From Bacilli bacterium (GTDB taxonomy: Bacteria > Bacillota_I > Bacilli_A > RFN20 > CAG-288): DNA of 64,000 bases. Location of the stretch: assembly GCA_900770925.1 (NCBI GenBank), contig CAAGLY010000002.1, positions 18,942 to 82,941 of the forward strand. The letters run 5' to 3'. Under the pieces are notes generated by a model. That model was not told where the DNA came from and searched no databases. It saw only the letters and a program-made list of their open reading frames with translations. The translations under genes were made by a program, and so were the position numbers. Shown here one piece after another: positions 1 to 8,113 of the stretch (the first letter of the stretch is position 1; each line of letters starts with the position of its first letter).

Positions 1-208
1 TTAAGTTTGTGTCTCCGAAGAGAGTAAAGCTGCCTTCGCTTGGCTTTGCTATTCCGGTCAATAGACGGATTAAGGTCGTTTTTCCGGCTCCGTTCTTTCC
101 GACTAATCCGATGATTTCTCCTTTTTCAACGGAAAAAGTCGCATTACGGAGGACCCATTTCTTGCTGTAGCATTTTCCAAGCTGGTGGGTCTGGACAATC
201 GTTTCCAT
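1..208 (-). CDS. ABC transporter ATP-binding protein, N-terminal part. The start codon is at 206-208 and the gene runs off the window start.
   Basis: The reverse-complement translation is METIVQTHQLGKCYSKKWVLRNATFSVEKGEIIGLVGKNGAGKTTLIRLLTGIAKPSEGSF..., which contains a Walker A motif (GKNGAGKTT). Confidence 0.7.
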   Translation of the reverse strand, partial: METIVQTHQLGKCYSKKWVLRNATFSVEKGEIIGLVGKNGAGKTTLIRLLTGIAKPSEGSFTLFGDTNL

Positions 209-255
209 GATTTGCCTCCTTTTTTAAATTATATCAAACCGCTGAAAATAGCAGT

Positions 256-921
256 TCAGATATTCCTCAGTTCCGTATAAGAGTGCCTATAGTAATCGCA
301 GCTGCTCTGAATTTCCCTCTCGTGAAGCTTATTATGACGATCATAGACACCGACAACGGTAAAGCCTGCCTTCTTTGCTGTCACAATAGCCGGAAGGATA
401 TCTTCAAAGACAATGGTCTCTTCTGGTTTAGCATGCCTTTTCTCAGCTAACCTTAAATAGATCTTCGGTTCAGACTTTGTTGAGTTGATTTCATTGACGT
501 TCCTTGCAAAATCAAAATACTGTTCCCTCTGATTGCGGATAAGGCACGGCCTATAGAGTTCCCGCTTGTTGGTAGTGGCTAAGGAGAGAGGATAACCCTT
601 CTCTTTCAGGTATTTTAGGAATTCTTTGGTGTTTGGCTTAGCAAGGATATCTTTCTCATAGGCTTCCTTTGCCCAGGTAAGCCAGAGAGAGGCAATCTCT
701 TCCGGTGTCTCTTGGATATGGTATTCCTCTTTTGTGAACACCGCCCTTTCCCTGAAGGACATATGAGAGATTCTCTGTGAGTAGTCAATCGGCCTATCCC
801 TATGATGCAGCTTAAAGAATCGCTTGTCGATATCGAGCCACCTTCCTAAGGAATTGACCAGGGTTCCATCCCTGTCGAAAATAACTGCTTTCTTGTTTTT
901 GAATAATTCGGTTTTCTGCAT
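256..921 (-). CDS. HAD-superfamily hydrolase (phosphatase or beta-phosphoglucomutase-like)
   Basis: HAD motif I is present (VIFDRDGTLV). The protein is about 220 aa, typical for the family. It is divergent from the exonuclease gene. Confidence 0.65.
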   Translation of the reverse strand: MQKTELFKNKKAVIFDRDGTLVNSLGRWLDIDKRFFKLHHRDRPIDYSQRISHMSFRERAVFTKEEYHIQETPEEIASLWLTWAKEAYEKDILAKPNTKEFLKYLKEKGYPLSLATTNKRELYRPCLIRNQREQYFDFARNVNEINSTKSEPKIYLRLAEKRHAKPEETIVFEDILPAIVTAKKAGFTVVGVYDRHNKLHEREIQSSCDYYRHSYTELRNI

Positions 922-985
922 GAAATGATTATACCGAATTTATTCCTATGGCAGTTATTCTTCTTAAGATTCGCTCTTTTCGTTT

Positions 986-991
986 TATAAT
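986..991 (+). promoter_or_regulatory. -10 box (TATAAT) lying 9 nt upstream of the ATG at 1001, implying a leaderless or near-leaderless mRNA
   Basis: TATAAT is at 986-991. No SD is possible between it and the ATG at 1001. It lies inside a 15-nt motif TTTATAATCTAATTG that is repeated at 2154-2168. Confidence 0.4.
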
Positions 992-1000
992 CTAATTGTT

Positions 1001-1936
1001 ATGAACTACGTTTTCTTTGATATCGAATGTGCAAACTGTATTCAGGGCGAAGGAAAGATCTGTTCTTTCGGCTATGTTAAAACCGATGAAAACTTCAATG
1101 TCATCCAGGAACAGGACATTTTAAGGAATCCGGCAGCCCCTTTCCTTCTAGGCAATGCCAAGAAAGGCAAGGGAATCACCCTTGCCTATCCTCTTTTCCG
1201 TTTCCGGGAATCTCCGCTTTTCCCCCGCTTCTATAAGCAGATAAAGAAACTGCTTACGGATCCGGATACTCTTGTCTTCGGTTTTGCAGTAGATCAGGAT
1301 GCTTCCTATGTTTCCTATTCCTGTGCCCGTTATCATCTTCCTTATATCCAGTTTAAGTTCTTTGATATTCAGAAGCTTGAAAAGGAAATCAATCACCGGA
1401 AGAATGCAAGCGGACTTCAGGCCTTGATTGAAGAATACGGAGAGGGTGTCTTTACCTATCATCGATCAGAAGATGATGCCTTAAGGACTAGGGAAGTCTT
1501 TAAGCACAGGAGTAAAGCGAGGAACAGGTCGGTCAAGGAAATCTGGGAGAAGTATCCAGAGTGCATCAATGATACAGAGAGACTTCTTCAGCATCTTCAG
1601 GATCAGAAGAAGAACCGGGAAAGGAAGAAACGGAGGGTGACACGGAGGGAGGCTTTCTACTCTCTGCCTTGCCCTCAGGCGAATATCAACTGTTATTCTG
1701 CTCTTCTCTGGGGAAAGAAGTTCTTCTTTACGGCAAAGGTATTAAAGGATCAGAAGTTCAGGGATGTCCTATCTAAGAAGAGAGAGAGGTTCTTTAAAAA
1801 GGGCGGTAATCTGACAAGAGATTTCAAGGAAGCGGATTATGTTGTTCTTCATAGCCCGGCTGATAAGCGGCGGGCAAGCGAAGAACATCCGGAAACCGTC
1901 TTCCTTTCCTTTGAAGAAGTGAGGAAGGAACTCTAG
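1001..1936 (+). CDS. DnaQ-like DEDDh 3'-5' exonuclease with a basic C-terminal BRCT-like domain
   Basis: Exo I motif is FFDIE. An Exo III-like YHRSEDDA motif carries the Tyr/His plus Asp. The C-terminus is K/R-rich and reads WGKKFFFTAKVLKDQKFRDVLSKKRERFFKKGGNLTRDFKEADYVVL, which fits the BRCT consensus. Confidence 0.55.
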   Translation: MNYVFFDIECANCIQGEGKICSFGYVKTDENFNVIQEQDILRNPAAPFLLGNAKKGKGITLAYPLFRFRESPLFPRFYKQIKKLLTDPDTLVFGFAVDQDASYVSYSCARYHLPYIQFKFFDIQKLEKEINHRKNASGLQALIEEYGEGVFTYHRSEDDALRTREVFKHRSKARNRSVKEIWEKYPECINDTERLLQHLQDQKKNRERKKRRVTRREAFYSLPCPQANINCYSALLWGKKFFFTAKVLKDQKFRDVLSKKRERFFKKGGNLTRDFKEADYVVLHSPADKRRASEEHPETVFLSFEEVRKEL

Positions 1937-2132
1937 TTTTCATGATTCGCTTATCTTATCGGTAAAGGTTGCTTCTTACTGTTTTCCGTATGAAGATTAA
2001 GAAAATTTGGTTTAATTCAGATACTTTTTGCGTTAGAATACTAAGCAGATAGCCAATGAAAGAAACAACAGGGCTGTCATTGAATTGATAAGAGAACAGA
2101 ATCCTAAGGAAGAAAGTTTTCTTCAAGGGGTA

Positions 2133-2161
2133 TTGTAATCGCTTTCAATTCCATTTATAAT
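2133..2161 (+). promoter_or_regulatory. sigma-A-type promoter (TTGTAA, 17-nt spacer, TATAAT) for the HPr-like gene
   Basis: TTGTAA is at 2133-2138 and TATAAT at 2156-2161, with a 17-nt spacer. An RBS (AAGGAAAAG) lies 5 nt before the ATG at 2183. Confidence 0.45.
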
Positions 2162-2182
2162 CTAATTGCAAGGAAAAGAATT

Positions 2183-2449
2183 ATGGCTACATTCAAAATC
2201 AAAGTTACCAACATTGGCGGACTTACTTCACGTTCCAGCGCAGAATTAGTCGAAGAGGCTAATCATCATAAATGCGAAGTCATCAGGAAATTAGATGATG
2301 GCGAAGAATGCGATCTCAAATCCATCAGGAATGTCTTCGGTGTCCATCCGATTCAGCAGGGCGAAGTTCTCACTATCGTCTGCACTGGTGACGACGAAGA
2401 AGCTGCTGTCGAAGGCTTCCAGCGTTTAGCTGAACAGTACAGCTTCTAA
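2183..2449 (+). CDS. HPr-like phosphocarrier paralog (Crh-like) with Thr where the catalytic His15 should be and Ser47 retained
   Basis: The 88-aa protein aligns with HPr and Crh over GLxxRPA, KSIMGxM and IxxxGxDEE. The site reads GGLTSRSS instead of GIHARPA. The LKSIRNV serine is conserved. Confidence 0.65.
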   Translation: MATFKIKVTNIGGLTSRSSAELVEEANHHKCEVIRKLDDGEECDLKSIRNVFGVHPIQQGEVLTIVCTGDDEEAAVEGFQRLAEQYSF

Positions 2450-2778
2450 TCCAACCGACTTCCATTGGCCAAGTGGAATAGATGATTCGGTGCCGATCAG
2501 GGAAGGGATGACTATACGTTCCGTGTTGGGATGAGATGTGAAGTTCTGGGATTATACGATCCGGGATGTATTGTGCCGTTACGATATGGGATGAGATGTA
2601 AGCTGAGAAGAGAAGTGCCGTTACGAGCTGACGAGACGTTATGTTGACTAGATGGAGACGAAGTCTGGATTAACCCCTACTTTTGTTTCGACGGAGGAAT
2701 ATGGGAAGTACCCTTTCGATTCCGGTGACGCATGGGTTGGCGCGCTAACCTCACATTCATCTAATAGGTAAAAAATAA

Positions 2779-2802
2779 GGGAGCCGACGGGCTCCCTTTT
2801 TT
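2779..2802. terminator. Rho-independent terminator, bidirectional
   Basis: The hairpin is GGGAGCC-GACG-GGCTCCC, followed by TTTTTT on the + strand and preceded by an A-run. It terminates the HPr-like transcript 330 nt after the stop, and also the minus-strand two-gene unit ending at 2809. Confidence 0.75.
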
Positions 2803-2808
2803 CTGTGA

Positions 2809-3177
2809 TTAGAACAGCGGATTGAATAAATCCGTAATGGTCTTGTAGTTTTTCTGCTTAAAGGGGAACCTCCCCTTTAAAGCATAGTAGGTGTTATCCG
2901 AGTACCTGATCGTAAGGAAGAACTTCAGGGAGAAATCAGCTCTGTTATCTTCATAGAGGAGCGCACAGAAATCATCATCGGTGCTGTTTTTGACAGAATT
3001 GATGACTTCCCTTACTTTATCCTTCTCTTTGTCGGTTAACGGACGTGTCCCCTTAGAATTAGTCAGTATCCATTTGTCTTTGCCCGTATCGATTTCCAGA
3101 GACTGAGTCTTCTCGATGGATTCGGGGTCTCTTTTCCAGAAGCGGATGAATTTAATCGCCATTGGTCCTCTCCTCAT
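2809..3177 (-). CDS. hypothetical protein. The start is probably the internal Met of MAIKF at about 3162.
   Basis: The ORF overlaps the upstream zinc-ribbon gene by about 26 nt and is followed by the strong terminator. No domain was recognised. Confidence 0.4.
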   Translation of the reverse strand: MRRGPMAIKFIRFWKRDPESIEKTQSLEIDTGKDKWILTNSKGTRPLTDKEKDKVREVINSVKNSTDDDFCALLYEDNRADFSLKFFLTIRYSDNTYYALKGRFPFKQKNYKTITDLFNPLF

Positions 3178-3697
3178 CTGTCTCGAAGAACTGTTCGAAG
3201 ATCATTGGCAGGATTTTGAAATAAGGCGGGAAACGGTTTGTTCCCTTGTAGACTTTCTCAGGAAGGATAGAAAGAGAGAAGCCGAGCTTGATTTCGTACT
3301 TTGCGTTTCCGCTAGGAAGGAGAAGCCCTAATAATTCCGGTTCCCAGTCTAAGATATAGAGCTTGCGGAAAAGAAGGGTCTTCAGTTCCGGAAAGATTGG
3401 AGCGATGTTCCTTGGTTCGAAAGGCTGCCTCCTACCGTTTTTATCAATTGTGGAAGCGGATAGCATGACTTTCTCATTGCTTTCCTTATGGATCTTGATC
3501 TGTCTAGTGAAACCTTCTTTGTCTGTCTTCGAATAGAAAAAATCAGAAAGATTCTCTTCGTACTGTCCGATGGTTGTGCCATCATCGACTCCGAAGTCTT
3601 TATGGCAATCTAGACATTCAAAGCCATGGGTTCCTAATTTCTTATCCCTGAACGGCTGAGTGTTGTCTTTTCCGCAGCGTGGGCAGATTTCGTTCAT
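3152..3697 (-). CDS. hypothetical protein with an N-terminal Cys4 zinc ribbon
   Basis: The N-terminus reads CPRCGKD...CLDCHKD, with two CxxC pairs. There is no other recognisable domain. The start overlaps the rsuA-like stop by 4 nt. Confidence 0.45.
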   Translation of the reverse strand: MNEICPRCGKDNTQPFRDKKLGTHGFECLDCHKDFGVDDGTTIGQYEENLSDFFYSKTDKEGFTRQIKIHKESNEKVMLSASTIDKNGRRQPFEPRNIAPIFPELKTLLFRKLYILDWEPELLGLLLPSGNAKYEIKLGFSLSILPEKVYKGTNRFPPYFKILPMIFEQFFETDEERTNGD

Positions 3698-4413
3698 AAC
3701 TGGTCCTCCTTTTTCCTATGGCAGCTTTCTAAAAGCTGATCAGTTTCCTCTTCAGTAAGAAGACGTGTCTGATTTAAGGGCAGGTCTTTCAGTTCAATCG
3801 GTCCGAAACGGACTCTCTCTAATTCCCTTACATCATAATTATAGTGCCCGAAAAGACGCTTGACTTCATGATACTTCCCTTCATGCACGGTTAAGTAGGC
3901 GTGATAGTCATCGACGATTTCTAATTTGCTCGGCGCTGCAATCTCGCCTCTTCCGATGTCGATCTCCTGGTTGAATAAATCAGGCAGGGTCGGACGGAGA
4001 AGGTGGTTCACGGTGACATAGTAGGTCTTCTCTACTCCGGTCTTTGGAGAAGAGAGGCGTGCATTTAAGACTCCGTTATCGGTTAAGAGAAGCAGACCGG
4101 TCGTATCCTGATCAAGACGTCCTACCCTTCTCAGTCTCTTCCGGTATTCTTCCGGAATCAGATTCCTGACGGAAGGATAGTTCTCATCGATCCTTGAACA
4201 CCTGTATCCTTTTGGTTTGTTGATCATTAAAACTATGAAGGGAACATTCGGGATTTCCTTGTCGTTGACTTCAATCTTGTCTGTGCCATGGATTTCGGCA
4301 TCGTATTTGGAAACAAGGACTCCGTTTACTTTGACTTCCCTGTTGCGGAGATACTTCTTTACGGATCTTCTCGACCCGTATCCGTTAATCGAAAGGAACC
4401 GGTCTAAGCGCAT
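3694..4413 (-). CDS. pseudouridine synthase, RsuA/RluB family, with an S4 domain
   Basis: The N-terminal S4-like region reads MRLDRFLS. The catalytic motif reads GRLDQDTTGLLLLTDNG. Confidence 0.8.
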   Translation of the reverse strand: MRLDRFLSINGYGSRRSVKKYLRNREVKVNGVLVSKYDAEIHGTDKIEVNDKEIPNVPFIVLMINKPKGYRCSRIDENYPSVRNLIPEEYRKRLRRVGRLDQDTTGLLLLTDNGVLNARLSSPKTGVEKTYYVTVNHLLRPTLPDLFNQEIDIGRGEIAAPSKLEIVDDYHAYLTVHEGKYHEVKRLFGHYNYDVRELERVRFGPIELKDLPLNQTRLLTEEETDQLLESCHRKKEDQL

Positions 4414-5315
4414 GATTTGTTTCCGTTCTTTTTCTTGAGAAGCTCTGTTGCTTCCGGAATAGCAAGAATGAGAGAAATAAAGAACCTGGCTAAAGGGATG
4501 CAGATAAGTGTAATCTGCTGAGCTGTCTTAGTAATGCCTTCGACATAAACGTCTCCTTTTAGCTGGAAGGCAAAGGCATAGATGAATCCGGATAAGAGAA
4601 CAGCTGCTTTCCTGCTCAGCTGCTGAGGTTTTGCTTCTGTTCTTGATTTGACAAGATATCCTGTTGTGTTTCCAACTGCCCTAGCAAGAAGAATAAACAG
4701 AGCATAGATAATCCACGTCTTTATTCCGGCATAGACGGCTTCTTTCCTTATTCCGCTAAGCGGAAGAAGAGTAGAAGAGAGGTAAAGGAGACTTGTTGTG
4801 CCAAGTCCGATATAGCTCCTGAAGAAGAAGCTGATAGTGAATAGGCCAAGGATAATATATTTCGAAGACTTTGAATCACTCTCGAAAGTTGGCTCTTTGA
4901 TAAACATGAGAGATAAACAGATAGAAAACATAACTAAGAACACGAGTAGTGAGCTAATCCTATCTTTCTTTTCGTTTTTCTGGCTGAAGAACTTAATGAG
5001 CGTGATGCCAAATAAGGGAAGAGTAAAGACTCCCCTTCCGATAGTCAGGGCATAATGGAAGTTATTGTTGAGGTAGATAAACGGAACAGAAAAGATAAGA
5101 AGAGAGGTGATTGCCCCGCCGACATAATAGGTCCAGCTCGATTTAAGATAATTTAATTCTTTGTTCTTCACTCCTTCTCTCGGAGCGGAATCGATCTTCC
5201 TCCTTTTACGGAGAGAGCCGACGTCAAAAAAAGGAATGATGGCAAGAGCATAGACAAGCCTTCCTTTGATAAAAAGGAGAACGTAATCTCCGATTGTTTT
5301 TTTCTCGTTATTCAT
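4404..5315 (-). CDS. hypothetical polytopic membrane protein
   Basis: There are multiple hydrophobic segments. The track start at 5324 is a TTG. The ATG at 5315 (MNNEKK) follows a TATAAT, so it may be near-leaderless. Confidence 0.4.
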   Translation of the reverse strand: MNNEKKTIGDYVLLFIKGRLVYALAIIPFFDVGSLRKRRKIDSAPREGVKNKELNYLKSSWTYYVGGAITSLLIFSVPFIYLNNNFHYALTIGRGVFTLPLFGITLIKFFSQKNEKKDRISSLLVFLVMFSICLSLMFIKEPTFESDSKSSKYIILGLFTISFFFRSYIGLGTTSLLYLSSTLLPLSGIRKEAVYAGIKTWIIYALFILLARAVGNTTGYLVKSRTEAKPQQLSRKAAVLLSGFIYAFAFQLKGDVYVEGITKTAQQITLICIPLARFFISLILAIPEATELLKKKNGNKSCA

Positions 5316-5418
5316 GGATGACAATATTATATCGGAATTTAGCTTCTTCTGCTTTCTTAGTTTATCTAGATGCGATTAATCGTATAAGAAAGCCCTCTAT
5401 TTCTTTGTCGGGACTTCT

Positions 5419-6672
5419 TTATTTTTCGTAGGGAAGCGGATGTTTCCTGTTTAGCTTCCGAACTTCCTCTCTGACCTGCTCTTTGATCTTCCTGTTTTCC
5501 GGATTATGGAGAATCAGACTGATTAAATGCCCGACATTCTCAAAATCCTCTTCTTTGTATCCGCGAGTAGTCCTAGCCGGAGTTCCAAGTCGTAATCCGG
5601 AGGTGTAGGCGGGCTTTTCCTCATCACCAGGGATTGCATTCTTATTGGTCGTGATGTTGACCTCTTCTAAAAGGGTCTGTGCTTTCAATCCCGTAATATG
5701 ACAGGTGCTCTTCACATCCACCAGCCTCAAATGATTATCGGTTCCGCCGGTTACAAGACGGAATCCTTCCCGGATAAGAGTAGAGGCTAAAGCCTTGGCG
5801 TTCTTGATAATCTGATGCGTGTACTGAGTGAACTCCGGTTTTAAGTCCTCGCCGAAGCAGACCGCTTTAGCAAGAATGGTGTTCTCTAAAGGACCTCCCT
5901 GGCATCTTGGGAAGACGGCTTTATCAATCTTTGCTCCGATTTCTTCGTTGTTCGAGAGAATCAATCCTCCTCTTGGACCGCGTAGTGTCTTATGGGTAGT
6001 CGAAGTGACCACATCGGCATAAGGAAGCGGAGAAGGATGATCACCGGTAGCGACAAGACCGGCAATATGAGCCATATCCACCATCAATAAGGCGTTGACT
6101 TCATCAGCAATAGATCTGAATTCCTTGAAGTCGATGATTCTCGGATAAGCACTCGCTCCGCAGATAATCATTTTCGGACAGACTTCCTGTGCTATCTTCC
6201 GGACTTGATCGTAATCGATTCTTCCTGTCTTCTCCTCTACCCCATAGGAAAAAGACGTGTATTCTCTGCCGGAGAAGTTGAAGCGGTATCCATGGCTTAG
6301 ATGCCCGCCGGCATCTAAGGACCTGCCCAATATCCGGTCTCCGAGATTAAGCAGGGCACTATAGGCTTCCCTATTTGCCTGAGTTCCGGAGTGAGGCTGA
6401 ACATTAGCCCAGTTACAATGGAAGAGCTCTTTTGCCCGTTTGATGGCGAGCCTTTCTCCTTCATCAATAAACTGACAGCCTCCGTAGTATCTTTTTCCAG
6501 GGTAGCCTTCTGCGTACTTATTGGTGAAAATTGATCCGTTTGCTTCTCTTACCGCATTGGAAACATAGTTCTCGCTGGCAATCAGCTCAATGTTCTCTTC
6601 CTGTCTTTTCCGTTCCTTGATAAGAGCGGCATAGGCTTCCTTATCTTTCCTTAGTTCGGTGTTTTCAATCAT
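5419..6672 (-). CDS. glyA: serine hydroxymethyltransferase
   Basis: The full-length 417-aa protein carries the PLP-Lys motif [13 protein letters not shown] and the N-terminal [10 protein letters not shown]. The RBS is AAGGAGAAC. Confidence 0.95.
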   Translation of the reverse strand: MIENTELRKDKEAYAALIKERKRQEENIELIASENYVSNAVREANGSIFTNKYAEGYPGKRYYGGCQFIDEGERLAIKRAKELFHCNWANVQPHSGTQANREAYSALLNLGDRILGRSLDAGGHLSHGYRFNFSGREYTSFSYGVEEKTGRIDYDQVRKIAQEVCPKMIICGASAYPRIIDFKEFRSIADEVNALLMVDMAHIAGLVATGDHPSPLPYADVVTSTTHKTLRGPRGGLILSNNEEIGAKIDKAVFPRCQGGPLENTILAKAVCFGEDLKPEFTQYTHQIIKNAKALASTLIREGFRLVTGGTDNHLRLVDVKSTCHITGLKAQTLLEEVNITTNKNAIPGDEEKPAYTSGLRLGTPARTTRGYKEEDFENVGHLISLILHNPENRKIKEQVREEVRKLNRKHPLPYEK

Positions 6673-6743
6673 AAAGTTCTCCTTTCGTTATTTTTAGTTT
6701 ATCATAGTGGACATAAATGGATTATACAGGAAGGAGTGGGACT

Positions 6744-7247
6744 ATGGAACAGAAGAGAAACAGAAAGCTGATTGAGAACAGGAGAAACAGAAAGAATATC
6801 TCTTTTCTTTTTCTGCTTGTTTTCTCCGCCTATTTCCTCCTCTCCTACTTCCTTCCTTTTTCTTATACCTATAGGAAAGGAAAAACCGTGACTATCTCTG
6901 GCTTCTCAATGTTCTCCTTCAAGGATGCCAGCGGCTATCTTCTTTTGTCCTATAAAAGGAGGATCGTTTCCTACGTGGCAGCCGGAATAAGGCTGCTTGT
7001 TTCTCTTCTTGCAGTTCTCTCAGGTGGGGAAATCAAGAAGAGAGCGACTTATCTTCTTTCTTTGCTTTTTCTTATCCTGCTTGCCGGAGAGATTGGTTTA
7101 TTAGTCGAAAGGAATGCCTATGGAGACACTAACGTTTATCCCCATGTGAATAGGATTATCCAGCTTATCCTCTCTGTCTGCTTCCTGATCGGATACCTTG
7201 TATTAGCCATCATCCTGAACAGAAAAAAGAAAGCAGAAAAATCCTAG
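6744..7247 (+). CDS. hypothetical membrane protein
   Basis: There are four or more hydrophobic helices. An RBS (AGGAAGGAG) precedes the ATG at 6744, although the track starts at 6717. Confidence 0.4.
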   Translation: MEQKRNRKLIENRRNRKNISFLFLLVFSAYFLLSYFLPFSYTYRKGKTVTISGFSMFSFKDASGYLLLSYKRRIVSYVAAGIRLLVSLLAVLSGGEIKKRATYLLSLLFLILLAGEIGLLVERNAYGDTNVYPHVNRIIQLILSVCFLIGYLVLAIILNRKKKAEKS

Positions 7248-7330
7248 CCATCAAAATAATCAAAAAAGACAACTTCTTTTTAATAGCAGAGTATTAAAGG
7301 AAGAGACAAACTGTTTTTCTGAAAAAAACG

Positions 7331-7366
7331 GCAAAGAAAAAGCGGCCTGAATCATCAAGCCGCTTT
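7331..7366 (-). terminator. Rho-independent terminator for the minus-strand lipoprotein gene
   Basis: The hairpin is AAGCGGC...GCCGCTT. On the minus strand it is followed by a T-rich tract. Confidence 0.5.
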
Positions 7367-7374
7367 ATTAAGGA

Positions 7375-7872
7375 CTACTTAGAATACTTGACGGTGATGT
7401 TGTAGGTGACCTTGCTGTTATCGCCAGTTCCCTTGGCTTTGATAGCAGTGACTAATCCGAATTCATTCCATTCGACGGAAGAAGAGGCTTTGCTTCCGTC
7501 ATCATCCTTGGTTTCATAAGTAACCTTGAAGGATCCGCCGGCATAATAGGTATAGCCATCCCTTTCGGCAACAGTGTAGGTAGTGATACCAAAGGCGTTG
7601 ACGATTACAGCATAGGGAGTATCAGAGAGAGAAGCTGGGGTGATGAGACGTCCGTTGACTTTGAGGTTGGCAGAAATTTTCTGCTCAGACTTGCTGTCAG
7701 AAGAGCGGGTAGTGGCGCTTCCGGAAACAGTGGCTGTCGTGTATTCGACCGTCTTCTTGACGGCTTCACCGGCCTTGGACTTGAAATCAGCAAAAGAAAC
7801 TTTGCTAGCGCAGGAAGCAAGAGATAAAGCGCAAACAGAGAGCATAACTAAACCACGTAAACCTTTTTTCAT
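7375..7872 (-). CDS. lipoprotein, function unknown
   Basis: The signal peptide carries a lipobox (MKKGLRGLVMLSVCALSLASC). The protein is Ser/Thr-rich. The RBS is GGAGGAAAA. Confidence 0.55.
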   Translation of the reverse strand: MKKGLRGLVMLSVCALSLASCASKVSFADFKSKAGEAVKKTVEYTTATVSGSATTRSSDSKSEQKISANLKVNGRLITPASLSDTPYAVIVNAFGITTYTVAERDGYTYYAGGSFKVTYETKDDDGSKASSSVEWNEFGLVTAIKAKGTGDNSKVTYNITVKYSK

Positions 7873-8113
7873 TTGATTTTCCTCCGTTTGTCTAGGATGG
7901 TAAATCTCTAGACACGTACCCTTATCTTATCATTATTTTTAGAAAAAGGTAGAAAAAGTTTAATATTTTCTTTGAGCGCATTTCATAGTGAATTGAAAAC
8001 CGAACTGTTGTTTTCCTCGGGAAATAGGATTGCAGGATTGCCATTGCTGTTTGGGCTAATTAATGGGGTATAGAACAGAATGGTACTATTGGTCTTGCCT
8101 GTAAGCGTTTTCT

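Noticed and set aside
1148-1462. 104-aa ORF antisense to the exonuclease gene
   Set aside because: It is fully embedded in a well-supported CDS on the other strand. It has no RBS and no domain.
2531-2647. 38-codon Cys-containing ORF (MRCEVLGLYDPGCIVPLRYGMRCKLRREVPLRADETLC) in the repeat region
   Set aside because: A GGG abuts the ATG with no spacer, so there is no workable SD. The internal repeat is better explained at the RNA or DNA level. It is kept only as part of the structured-RNA finding.
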